Below the pieces are notes generated by a model. That model worked only from the letters and a program-made list of their open reading frames with translations, did no database searches and had not been told where the DNA came from. The position numbers and the translations under genes are program-made. Shown in pieces: positions 15,223 to 32,158 of a DNA stretch of 64,000 nucleotides (positions within the stretch are counted from its first letter, which is position 1; each line of letters starts with the position of its first letter). Source of the stretch: Macrostomum lignano (taxonomy: Eukaryota); NCBI GenBank assembly GCA_002269645.1, contig NIVC01000158.1:620001-684000 (forward strand), written 5' to 3'.

Positions 15223-16125
15223 ATGGATAACGGCCCGGTGAAGAAGGAGCCAGCTGAATTTTTGCTAACGGCTGCGGCAGCCGCCGCTGCTGCGGCTATG
15301 CGATCCGGCAGCCCACCAAGCAACGGACTGGCCTCAGGTCTAGCAGCAGGGCTACCGTGCTCATCATCATCAGTAACCGTCTCTTCGGCTCATATTAGTT
15401 CGCTGTTTCTGTCCAAAATTAGCGGCGTGCCTTGTCCGGCCACTCCAACTCGCTATACCGCGCCCGTTCACATCGACGTCGGCGGCGTGGCGTACACCTC
15501 CTCGCTGGAGACGCTGACCCGCTATCCTGAATCGCGGCTGGGGAAAATGTTCAACGGATCGGTACCGATAGTACTGGACACGCTAAAGCAGCACTATTTT
15601 ATCGACCGGGACGGGGAGTTGTTTCGCCATGTGCTTAATTACCTGCGCTCAGGACGGGTGACTACGCCACATGACTTCCAGGAGCTTGATCAGCTCATTG
15701 AAGAAGTGAAGTTCTACGAGCTGTCTGGGATGCTACGACAGTTGGAACAATTGCGACGAAGTGCAAGGCCGCAGCAGCAGTCGCAGCTGAACTGGCAACG
15801 GCAGCAGCGGGACTGCGAGTGTGTCACGCTGACCGTGCGACCGGAACTACAGGAGAGAATTCTGATCACCGGTCGGAAGCACCTGCTAGCCGAGCTGTTC
15901 CCGGATGTTACAGACTCCCTGATGGAGCCGCGCAACGCAAGTTGGAATCAGCTTGACTCGGATTACGTAATTCGATTTCCGCTGAACGGTTTCTGTCACC
16001 TCAACTCTGTTCAGGTGCTGCGACTGTTCCTGTCGCACGGTTTTACAGTGGCTGCATCGTCTGGAGGCTGCGCCCCGGACAGCCAACAGTTCACCGAGTA
16101 CCTGCTGTGCAAGTTGCTGGATTGA
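15223..16125 (+). CDS. KCTD15: KCTD1/KCTD15-like BTB/POZ protein, 300 aa, single coding exon
   Basis: BTB APVHIDVGG..YTSSLETLTRYPESRLGKMFNGSVPIVLDTLKQHYFIDRDG and C-terminal domain VIRFPLNGFCHLNSVQVL..QQFTEYLL, both characteristic of KCTD1/15. AATAAA follows near 16300. Confidence 0.92.
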   Translation: MDNGPVKKEPAEFLLTAAAAAAAAAMRSGSPPSNGLASGLAAGLPCSSSSVTVSSAHISSLFLSKISGVPCPATPTRYTAPVHIDVGGVAYTSSLETLTRYPESRLGKMFNGSVPIVLDTLKQHYFIDRDGELFRHVLNYLRSGRVTTPHDFQELDQLIEEVKFYELSGMLRQLEQLRRSARPQQQSQLNWQRQQRDCECVTLTVRPELQERILITGRKHLLAELFPDVTDSLMEPRNASWNQLDSDYVIRFPLNGFCHLNSVQVLRLFLSHGFTVAASSGGCAPDSQQFTEYLLCKLLD

Positions 16126-16987
16126 CTGATTTTTCAATTTCTCAAAATTTTCCTTCATTTTGCCCAGTAAAACGCAACACGCGCTTATAAAATATTGCTC
16201 TCATAACTTGTTAGCAGTAGCAACGATCCCACTGATCCTACTTGTAGTAGTGAGTGATAGAATGTTTTGAAAAACATCAAACCCGATTCTCGATTGTATA
16301 ATAAATAAATTTGTTTGTACACCTGTCAGCATATTTTATGAAGACCACAAATAAATCGTAAAATCAGCATCATTTTTTATTGGCACGTGTTTGATACGAA
16401 GAGCATACGATAAATTTTCAACCTGTTTCTTAGGAATGAATCCTGTTATGAATCCTGTTAAAAAATGAGCAGGTCTGTGCAATTAAGTATCTTACGCGTG
16501 AGGAGAAATTGGAATTGAAACCATTTTGACTATTACGAGCTACTCTAGAAGCAGGTGAAAAATTATCAGTTGAATATATTTATTCCTATCACGTTGTATT
16601 CTGTCGAATTCGTTAAGAAAAAAGTTCGGGTTAGTACAAAGCAGAGTTTTTCAGCAATGGGTGTCGTTTTACAAACCAACAGACATACAAAATAATCCTT
16701 AAATACGAGCTAATAATGCAAATAATAATGCAAACTCCTGAAAATTATTAGAAAGCAGCCTAGGTTGATCTTAAACTTTTTAAAATAGTACAAGTACTCG
16801 TATCTTTTAACAAAAGTTTCGGGCTTATGAATTACTATGATTATTCTAGAGTTGTACTTTTAGTACTCACATAGTACGGTTTGGTAATATCGTAGTTTCT
16901 TGCATAAATAAACGATAGAGCAGCTACACAGCGCTGACCATACCAAACCGATGAGCCAGCAATGATTCATCAGACATTAAGACGCGA

Positions 16988-19920
16988 TCAGCCGAACATG
17001 TTGTACAGAAGGCGCGACCTGCTAGTAAAGTACGACCCAGCCAATTGGTCGGTTTCCCCACCAGCGTTGTCGCCAGTCCGTAGCGGAGCCGCATCCTGTG
17101 CATAGTCCTGCATGATGAGGCCAGTCGCGAACCAGAATCCTTCCGGAGGCTGGGCCGCTTCCAGAGTGATCCAGTTGATGCCCTAGACGGTGGTAGGGAC
17201 AGGGATAGTGCTTAGGACAGTGCCACAAATCAAGGTTGGCTGATTTGACCTCCGAGCACGCAGAATACGTACACAGACACACGCTCGCACAGGGTGTAAA
17301 GCGGTCGAATTTCTCGTCAACTGAAATGTGCTCTTTCTGTGCCTTGGGATTGGCCCTCGTTGGCGAAAGTTTCGCGAGCCCCAGTCCAATTTTTGTGCAC
17401 ATGGGTATCTTACCTTACCTGGGTGTACTTTAGCACGAAATTTAGCCGTGTTAATTGCTGAGCTACGACTGATTCTGCCCCCCCCCCCAGTTGCTGATTT
17501 GGTGGCTCTCTCAACTTCCATAGATTTGCAAAACTTGAATTCGCTCTCACCTCATCCCTTTTAATTAAATTTCCTGATCCCATACAAGAAACCATTTTAA
17601 ACCCGCTATTTATTCCAAAGTTTTATGAGCGAAAAAAATCCTACAGCAAAATAAACATGTCGCATCATCTGCTGATAATCGGAAAACTTGAACTGGTGGT
17701 GATCCGACTTGGCATTGATAGTCGCTGGCTTGCCTTGGTCCATACTGGATGCAGGCAACTGCGTTGGGTTCGCTGGCGGCGCTGTCGGTGGCTTTTTTTG
17801 GTTTTGCTCCTTTGCAGAGGATAAATTGCTAGCCGATTGATTGTGGCCAGCATCGAATACGCACCCCGTATGCTCAGATACAGACACAGAGCTGTTGCTG
17901 GCTGCTGTAAAAAGGCCTTGCCATAGAGTGCTGCTACTGCTGCTTTGCGGCTTCTTGTCGGTGCTGGTATTCGTCTCTACCCGGGATTCCTCATCGCTCA
18001 AGTCGACCCATTGTTGTTGCGCGGACATCGTTGGTGATGACTCAGGTGGCAAAGGCTTCGATTTTTGATCGAATGATGAATTCTTCGTGGAAGGGAAAAC
18101 TTTCGGCGTTGCATTCAGCGATTCAATAGAAGTCTGACGCTTCGAACGATGTACTTTAGGGAGTTCTGGCACTGATGCTGAACGTGACACCAGTTTTGGT
18201 TCAGCATTTTTATTCTGAGACGGCTCCAACGCAGCATCGGATGAAGACTTTCCCAGAACTGATTTGTACGACACTCCCATGCAATTTAAGTTGGAAAGTT
18301 TCACCGACTGGGACGGCTCGGAGAGTAGTTGAGACCCTTGGCTTTGCAACTCTTTTTGGCGCTGCATATTTTGGTGCTTTTTCTTGCTGGTCAAATCGAT
18401 CACGATGCTGGGGTTGCTGGAGTCGCTCTTAGTTCCCGTCGTTTCCGTGTTTTGTGGGGTGCTGGAGGTGCACAGAGATATATGCGATTGTCGCATTGGC
18501 CAATCGATATCTTCGTCGAAATCCTCGTCAATGTCATCGTAGGCATCGTCTGAATACTGTAACTGACTTGGGCCTGTCGAAGAACCCAGCGCACTCTGTT
18601 TCTGCGGAGGAAAATGACTGATCTGTTATCATCTCAAAAAACAGTTCATGGACTACTAAAAGAGCGTGCAGAAATTTACGCTCGCATAATTAATAGCAAC
18701 TTTTAAAGCTTCCTCTACCTTTGGAATACGACTCCATGAGTAGCGAAGATCAGCTTCAATCCATGTGCACTGAAGAGTATCCAGGATGCGGCGCATCGAA
18801 TCCTTATTAATAACTTTGCCTTTGATGTGACGAACTAGCGAACCGAAGTCGTTGCAATTGCATAGCTTCGGTTCCATGCACTCAGCTGTTAGTCGGCACT
18901 TAGGACAAACTCCACTGAAGACGTCTCTGCGTCTATCATCCAGGGATGTAGAGCGCATATGGGAGACACTAAAGTGTCGCAAATTGTCGCAGTGTAAAAC
19001 GCCTAATAAAGCTGCGTACCGCAATACATCAAGCTGGTACGACATTTCGCCAATGGTTTCGAACAGCAACGTGTCTAGATCAGTAACCTGCGGCCTGCCG
19101 TAGTGATCCAACGCTATGCTTGTTAGCGACAGATTTCCGTGATATATTCTCCTGTGGTGCAAAAATTCCAAGGCCAGCAGGATGCAGGCAGCGTAGTAGC
19201 GAACTGTGCTGTGCGTGAGATGCACCATTAACTTCTTGAGATCGCTTAAGTACATGTTACTGGGCAGCGGCGTAATGACCAGCAGATCGTGGCGGTATAC
19301 CTTAGCTGCTAAAACTTTCTGCACAAACGGCGTCAACGAGGCCAAGTCTCTCTGAGCTTTGATAATCCGTTTAAAGTTCTCCAATATTGTTTTGATCTCC
19401 TCTTCTTGCCAGTCGCGTAATGATCGACTAGTGCACATGTACCGGACGCAGTGGCTGTCGCAGCGGATGTGTCTTTGATTTGGAATAAGATAAGGCAGAC
19501 GTTCAGTAAAATACTAAAGCATTATGAATATGGTAGGCTCGTTAACAAGATAGAATAATTTTTCCCTAGTATACACTGTGCTATTTCAATGGATCAGATG
19601 TTTAGGTGTTGAGTTGGTTGGAACAGAATGCCAACTTACCTGCTTCCATTTTGCACGCAGCGCCTTTGGTCGAGCCAGAAATCTCGAGTCAAGTGGCTGA
19701 GATCGAAATCACCGTCGAATAGAATTATTTGGCTTTCTTTGGGGGCACTCTGACCGGCGTTCGCTTCTTCCTCTTTGGGGACATCAGCGTTTGCTTTCAA
19801 GTCGTTGGCTTTATTGCCTTTCTTTGCTCCTGTCTTCTTTTTTTGTACATTTTTCTTCGAGTCGGTCGTGTTTTCACCAGGCGTGTTTTCACGGTGATAT
19901 GATAATGAAGTTGTTTGCAT
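16988..19920 (-). CDS. AGC-derived pseudokinase, about 741 aa. Exons 19920-19640, 19472-18680, 18601-17645, 17182-16988.
   Basis: Kinase-fold segment TVRYYAACILLALEFLHHRRIYHGNLSLTSIAL..QVTDLD (HRD to HGN, DFG to DLD). The exon 3/4 junction reads MMRHVYFA-GINWITLEAAQPP, like the AGC tail HPFFxGIDWxxL..PP. All four exons join with GT-AG in phase. The links of exons 3 and 4 are inferred. Confidence 0.72.
17270..17400 (-). mobile_element. SINE-like family 2 fragment (intronic)
   Basis: Shares the ..ACACCCTGTGCGAGCGTG 3' end and central motifs with the other copies. Confidence 0.5.
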
Positions 19921-20254
19921 CTCTCTTGCTTATAATTTATGGTGTCTCATTGACAGAGTGAAAGTAAAAAGTCAAAGTTAAGACGGTAGCAACACGATCA
20001 GCCAATACTTGGTTGACATAACGAGCTTTAAGGATTTGTCCATAGACAATGCAGGCATTCGCCTAACGTAGGTAAGTAGTAGAATTTTTAGTTCGTTCAT
20101 TTCACCAATAGCTGAATAAAATTGTTTCGCCCTTGTGTGTGCCTTTCGGCTTTGTGCCACAATTTCAGCTTTGGTGGCTATGCAAGCCACTATTTGAGTT
20201 GGCTATATTCCAATGTAGTTCGAAAGGCAGTTAATCATATAAAAAATCTGTCCC

Positions 20255-23200
20255 ATGTCAATGACTCGGAAGGGCCTGCGCGCCTCTGAGGACTGCAATC
20301 CCATGTCGCTGAGCATCGAGGAAAAGAGCTGCAGTTCTCCAAGTCTAGTCTCAGCCGAGTCAGCCGCTGATCGTTTTGGTTGTCCGGTGGTTCGAATCCG
20401 ACTCTGGCCGACGCCTCAAGCGAGGCATAACTGCCTTCACGAGACTCTGGATTGGAACAAGATCGACTGTCCAGACTTTCTACGCATCGCCAGGGAGGTC
20501 TCAGTGGAAGATCTTTTCGAGTGCATCGTCACGGACAAGATGTATTCCAAAACTGGCGAGCGGCCCTGGGATCTGTCCGAGTTTGTGCTGCAGCGAAAGG
20601 ACAGGAGGCTGTTTATCGGGGGTGAGACTCTTTGTTTACAACTGTTGAGAGGTTGTTCTTGAGCAACCTTGAAGAACAGATTAACCCATATCCTGACACC
20701 TGCGCTGTACAAGCAACTGCTATCATTAAAATCAAATTAAACTATACAATAGCGAATAGGCGGGTCAAATGGGATCATAAGTATACATGTAGAAGGAAGT
20801 AAAAAGTAGCAACGCAACAGAGTATAAATCTTGCTAACTCGTCCATTCAGGTCAAGGCGTTGTGATGTTCGTCCGCCGCCAAGGTCACTCCACCAGCCTG
20901 GCAATGAAGGTGTGCTATCACAGACGAGAAGAGAAAAAAGTGGAGCGTCACGTGCAGCGAACCATTTTACACTTGAAAGGCCAGTCAGCCAGTCAGTTTG
21001 TTGGCACAATTCTCGTCAACTACCTCACTCGACGGTTTTTTATTACCATCATGCCGAAAGCGAAGTTTGCCTCGCTAAAGGTAAGGAATAAAAAAAACAT
21101 TGATTTGGAACTTGTGCGCGTTGGTCAGGGGCTGTGCGATCCAAATCCTCATGAGGCACACAGAGTGTACATGCCTGAGGATTAGAAAGTCAGGGCCGCT
21201 GTGCATCCTGGGTGCATGAGTGCGCGCCTGCGTACAGTATTGGCGAAATGGGCAGAACTGCCGTCAGCGCTGGTTGTGGGACCATGTCGCCGAAGGCATT
21301 GCGCCAGGCTGCCCGCAGCCCTCCTGAGATTATTATTATTATTATTAAATATTATTAATATTATTAATATTATTATTATTACATATTATCATCAATTTAA
21401 GAGTCAGAGGTTTTAGGTTATTGTGAATTAAACTTATTGAGTTGCTTCCGGCCCACTGGTGTTTGTAGCCTAGTGGTTAGAGCGTCGGACTCACGACCTG
21501 AAGGACGGGGGTTCGATTCCTGATCCCACTTGGAAAAAAAATTGTGTCCTTGAGCAAGACAATTCATTCTGCATTGCTTCAGCTCACCCAGCTGTAAAAT
21601 GGGTGCCAGCATTAGTTGGGGCAATTGAGGCTGTGTGTGGCGACCCCCAATCCTTGCACTGAACAGCCGTACGCAGCCTTCAGATGCGCCGCGCAATAGC
21701 TGCGGCTGAGCTGTCGGTTGCTCATCTGCCCGAGTGTAGGTGTAATAAATGATTATTACCAGCTGACTATCACATAAATCATAATTGTTCTTCTCCACTC
21801 TCTCTGAAGACTCTAAAGCAGGAACTCGGCACCCTGCCGGAGTCCAGCATCCGCTATTACTTCGCGTGCATCACATCGGCCTTGGTGAAGCTGCACAGTA
21901 TTCAAATTTGTCACCGCGACATCAAGTGCGACAATGTTCTAATTATGCATAATGGCACTCCGGCCCTCATTGACTTCGGCTTGGCCGTGAAAGCGCCCGC
22001 CACAATGGCAGAGTACAAGCCCAATGCGAGGGTGACTCAGATGCAGTACTATCCACCCGAGACCAGACAGATGGGGAACTTTGTCAACGATTATAAGTGA
22101 GTCATTTTAAGATGCGGTTTTAGTGGGCCTTTTTACTCCTTTCTAACTGAAACAGAATTTGTAAGAGATGCTGCTCACCACCTTCCTGATCCAATGCAGA
22201 ATCTAATTGAGATGCTGCTCACCGCCTCCCTCATCCGATGCAGAATCTAATTGAGATGCTGCTCACCACCTCCCTCATCCGATGCAGAATCTAATTGAGA
22301 TGCTGCTCACCATCTCCCTGATCCAATGCAGAATCTAATTGAGATGCTGCTCACCGCCTCCCTCATCCGATGCAGAATCTAATTGAGATGCTGCTCACCA
22401 CCTCCCTCATCCGATGCAGAATCTAATTGAGATGCTGCTCACCATCTCCCTCATCCGATGCAGAATCTAATTGAGATACTGCTCACCACCTCCCTCATCT
22501 GATGCAGAATCTAATTGAGATGCTGCTCACCACCTCCCTCATCCGATGCAGAATCTAATTGAGATGCTGCTCACCATCTCCCTCATCCGATGCAGAATTT
22601 AATTGAGATACTGCTCACCGCCTCCCTCATCTGATGCAGAATCTAATTGAGATGCTGCTCAATTACCCCCTCATCCGATGCAGAATCTAATTGAGATGCT
22701 GCTCACCGCCTCCCTTATCCGATGCAGAATCTAATTGAGATGCTGCTCACCGCCTCCCTCATCCGATGCAGAATCTAATTGAGATGCTGCTCAATTACCC
22801 CCTCATCCGATGCAGAATCTAATTGAGATGCTGCTCACTTACCCCTCATCTAATAGTCAGTTAGTTCTGACCGCAACCTGCTGGTAGACAAAAAATTTAT
22901 GCCCAAACTTATTGAATCCAAAACAGTGCACCGTGTGTGCAGCTTCCATCATCAGGCATGTACACACTGTTTGAGCGCTAGCCCCCATCGGCGTGAGCTT
23001 GAGCCTGAGAGCCCAACTTGTTACCCTTGAGCTACCCTGCCTCCCCACACTGCTCAATGCAGAATCGACAGCTGGCTGCTGGGGTTCTTCATGTGCGAGA
23101 TGCTATTAAGCGACCGGGAGCACCTGTGGGCGAAGTTCCGCGGTTCCAACCAGTCCAACTGGATATTCGCCACCTGCCCGGCCTGCCGAATGCCCAACAT

Positions 23201-23408
23201 TGCCAATGTGCACCCGGTGCTCAACCAGCTGCTCATCAGAGATCCGAAAGCTCGCTGCTACGTGGCAGACATTGTGCAGCAGGACTACCTTAAAGAGGGC
23301 GATTTTTTTGACTCAATTGAGCAGGCAGAGCCGCCACCACTGCAGACCGGAACCATCAACACGTCAACATCGTTAGCTCAGACTGAGAGAAACGCCTCCG
23401 AGGCCTAA
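20255..23408 (+). CDS. Divergent Ser/Thr protein kinase (AGC/CAMK-like), about 409 aa. Exons 20255-20621, 20851-21080, 21810-22096, 23063-23408.
   Basis: The spliced product has IGGQGVV (G-loop), LAMK, CHRDIKCDNVL, IDFGLA, YYPPE, KIDSWLLG and LLIRDPKAR. All junctions GT-AG in phase. The exon 3 acceptor could also be 21822. Confidence 0.88.
21125..21235 (+). mobile_element. SINE-like family 2 fragment (kinase intron 2)
   Basis: GGCACACAGAGTGTACATGCCTGAGGATTAGAAAGTCAGGGCCGCTGTGCATCC matches the reverse complement of 34551-34603. Confidence 0.65.
21458..21750 (+). mobile_element. tRNA-derived SINE, family 1
   Basis: A-box TAGCCTAGTGGTTAG, B-box GGTTCGATTCC, conserved body GTGTCCTTGAGCAAGAC..CCCAGCTGTAAAATGGGTGCCAGC, tail GGTGTAAT; homologous to 31651-31910 and 34712-34960. 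Confidence 0.88.
22164..22852. repeat. 44-bp minisatellite in kinase intron 3
   Basis: About 15 copies of GAGATGCTGCTCACCACCTCCCTCATCCGATGCAGAATCTAATT. Confidence 0.96.
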
Positions 23409-24375
23409 ACACGTCTGCAAGCTCTCGGCTTTGTAGAATGCTTTCTCATCTCCCCGACTGCCTCCGACTTTGTGCCGTCGGCAACTCGCGGTTGTAGCAA
23501 ATATTCTCCATTCTGTAACCTCGCATTTATCCCACCAATCCTCACTCTTCCCTTATTCAATTGTTCGGCATTTTGTGTTCAAAACCCCACAGTCGCCATT
23601 TTTGTTAGTTTTGTATGCCATTTACTTTTCGGCGGAACAGTTAACAAACTTGCTTGCACTGCTGGAGCAGCGAGGGAGAGAGCGGGGCCGTACGCGCCCT
23701 GGAAAATATATTGATCTGAATTGGGAGTCAGCACTGCCGGCTGTTGGGCAGCCAAAGGCAACGCTTATATTTGACAAATCCTCACATTTTGTAATCCATG
23801 GTCGTCTATGGAACTTCTGTCGCTTTATTTGCATTGAACATTCCTGATCAAGGGAGACTAAGAACTCGAGGTCGTCACACTTTTTAAAGCACTCTTTCTT
23901 CGTCCTGAAGATAAAAGAAAATATATATTTGGGAAAATCAGTTTCTACACTGTAATTTCTACATGTACTTACTGTTCACTGCTCAAGTGAGCAAGACTGC
24001 TAACAACAACAGAAGGCTAAAATTAATGGACTATACACACTACTTATGCAGAAACTTGGGGGGGGGCATTACATTTCCCCTCATGTAAACATTACATTGT
24101 TTAGAAGTGTCAGTCGAATAGCATAATAAGGGAGATAATCAGGAAAATTGGAAAATTGAAGAGCTTCTGCTATAGGTTTCCGTTCCAAGTGAAATCTACT
24201 CAAGGACCACTTTGCTTTTTTTTTAAGCCAGTGGAATTACAATACAAAACTCAGTGCAGAATTACGCAGCTTATTGTGTTGGCCGGACACCTTGGAGTGC
24301 ATCCCGCTACTCACTGCAAGCCGGTCTCTCAAAAGCGTGCATCCCATGCATACTACTAGCGGCAGTAATTCCGGT

Positions 24376-29525
<5,150 letters not shown>

Positions 29526-30099
29526 CCCCTCTCTGGCTTTCAGCCTCTACTTTGGAGCCTCTCTCTCTCTCTTACCTGCTTGGTGCTGACCTGCCGGGCA
29601 GGCGCAGCTCAGTAATAAATACGAGAATAGAACCGAGCACCTACTGATAAGGCCAAGGCGAGAGACCCGCGCGCAGGTGACGCATTCGAGTTTTGAGCTG
29701 CTCTCTGCTCAGCGCAGATCAGAGCGATTAGATTTCGATACTAAGATTGAACTGTGTAAAGCTAGCTGGCTGCAACTGCAGGTAAATTATCCGCTGAGTA
29801 GGCTCAGAAGGTGACAATCTTGATTTGTAACTTTCGGGCAAAAAAACTGGCCAGCACGCTCTCAGGACCAGTTGGGCATTTTGCTCTGCTCTAATCCCTT
29901 CTTATGCTTTTTCTAGCTGGTGGTTAAGCTTTAAACTTTAACAAGAAACTTTCACGAAAATGGTTTGCAGAGAGCAAAGCAGCGTTCAGCAGAATATACG
30001 CTTAACAAAAACAACGAATCAATAAATAACTTATCTTACTGTAAATAGACATGAAGAGCGAAAGTGAATAGAAAGTGGAAAAGACAAGCAGGAGAAGAC

Positions 30100-30445
30100 A
30101 AAAAGGGACAAGACAGGACAAGACAAGACAGGACAAGTCACAAGACAGGACAAGACAAGACAGGACAAGTCACAAGACAGGACAAGACAAGACAGGACAA
30201 GACAAGACAGGACAAGTCACAAGACAGGACAAGACAAGACAGGACAAGACAAGACAGGACAAGTCACAAGACAGGACAAGTCACAAGACAGGACAAGACA
30301 AGTCAGGACAAGACAAGACAGGACAAGTCACAAGACAGGACAAGACAAGACAGGACAAGACAAGACAGGACAAGTCACAAGACAGGACAAGACAAGACAG
30401 GACAAGTCACAAGACAGGACAAGTCACAAGACAGGACAAGACAAG
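30100..30445. repeat. Compound ACAAG/ACAGG/TCACAAG satellite
   Basis: Read directly; source of the RQDKT pseudo-ORFs. Confidence 0.93.
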
Positions 30446-31650
30446 AGAAGGGAGGAGAAAAGAAAACAAGAGAAAGAAATTTCCCACAGTGGATTTTACT
30501 AGTTTTCTTCATTAAAAAGACGAGAGTCAAAGCAAAGCGACAGAATTCTATGCCGTCAATGCAAGCGATCGGTTCAGTCCAATTGAATTACAGAGAGTGC
30601 ATTTGTTTGTATTTATTTTTCAAGTGATATGTGCCAGGGATTAAAGCTGGTGCTGAAAAGTCTCATGTGCAGAGGGGGACTACTCTAAGTGGGATGTGAT
30701 ACAACTCCGTAAAACAGGATGCCTTGAGAGTGCCGCACTTGCGCAGTTAATGATCGAAAGCAACTGTCACTTCTTTTGAGAGAGGCGTGGAGGAGAGCAG
30801 GACATGCTTTGACCGCGTCAGCGAAGTCCATCTCTTTGCAGCAAAAAGCATAGCAGAGAAAAAAGCGCAAAAAACTTTCGAATTTTTTAATCGGCAGAAA
30901 AAAGGGCAAGAAAAAAAGCAGAAAAAAAGAAACAAAACTTGATCAGCAAACCGAAGAGAGCTAGCTTAAATAAGAAACACATTGCGAAGGGGTGCATGCT
31001 TCGCTAGTTTACCATTTGCATGCTTTCATTGCCTATAAGCTTCAACCTTCAACCACCCGCCGCCGCCCGAACCGAGGCCGAGGCACTCCTGGACAGCGTC
31101 GGACACCCGGACTGGCCGAATCTGGCCGAGCCCGAGGAACGCTCTCTTAGCAGGAGTCGAACCCGCGACCAATATACGGCCGCATAGGGGAGCTCCGCGG
31201 CAAGTTCGGTCAGCTGGCGAGGTGTTGAATTCGAGGCAACCAAGTCGGATATTAACTATAAAAATCCATAATTAGCAGGAAGCGGCTACCCCTTGCACAA
31301 TTTCACATTGCAGAAAGAAAAACTTCAGACTCAAATTTTCACAAATGTCTCAGCTTTTTCTGTCTGCGGCTAAAAATCGGGGGGGGGGGGGGCTGGAGGG
31401 TTTCAAAAAGAAGTGCCGAGTGTCTGGCAAGTGCACTGAAAAGATGCATAAAGTACACAATGAACCGAGTAAGCGAGTGGCTGATGCAGCCTTTGGAATG
31501 CTTTTTCTGACAGCGGTCAGGTGATTATGTAGATGAGGAACTCAAACACCAATCATTGCAGTTATAAACACGCAGGATATGTTTTCAGCGACTAATTTTT
31601 ATCAAAGTTTCTCAGAAGTTGACTGTTGCCATGCTGCTATTATTGTCAGA

Positions 31651-31910
31651 GGGGGTTGTAGCCTAGTGGTTAGAGCGTCAGCCTCACGACTGAAAGGTCA
31701 GGGGTTCGATTCTCGGCCCACTCTAAACAATCTGTGTCCTTTGAGCAAGACACTTAACTCTGCATTGCTTCAGTTCACCTTGCTGTAAAATGGGTGCCAG
31801 CATTAGCTGGGGTAATTGAGGCTGTGTGTGGCGACCCCCCAGTCCTTGGACTGAACAGCCGTACGCAGCCTTCAGCAGTCCGCGCAACCCATTAGGGCAG
31901 GTGTAATTAA
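31651..31910 (+). mobile_element. tRNA-derived SINE, family 1
   Basis: Same head and body as 21458-21750, with a shorter 3' part. Confidence 0.88.
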
Positions 31911-32158
31911 TTATTTAATTAATATTATTGCCAAAGTCTTTCCAAAGTCGCCGAGTCTCCGATAAAGGTCATTGTGTGCGGGAAATTTTTTTCAGTGGGA
32001 AAACAGACAGGTTTTCTTCTTTTGAATACAAATCAACTCTGATAGTCAATGGATGCGGGATGAACTCATTAAAAATCGATTGCAGCCAATTAATTCTGAA
32101 TAGAATATCCAGCATATCCTACTGACTGTGAGAACAGTAGTGTTTGCAGCTGGCAAAT

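Noticed and set aside
21458-21535. tRNA genes at 21458, 31651 and 34712
   Set aside because: Acceptor stems do not close and each head continues into the same ~200-nt body, so they are SINE heads.
30064-30627. RQDKT-repeat proteins
   Set aside because: Satellite-derived stop-free frames with no splice or domain support.
31049-31243. Short GC-rich minus-strand ORF (MVASNSTPRQ..)
   Set aside because: No recognisable domain and no convincing splice sites; probably a transposon fragment.
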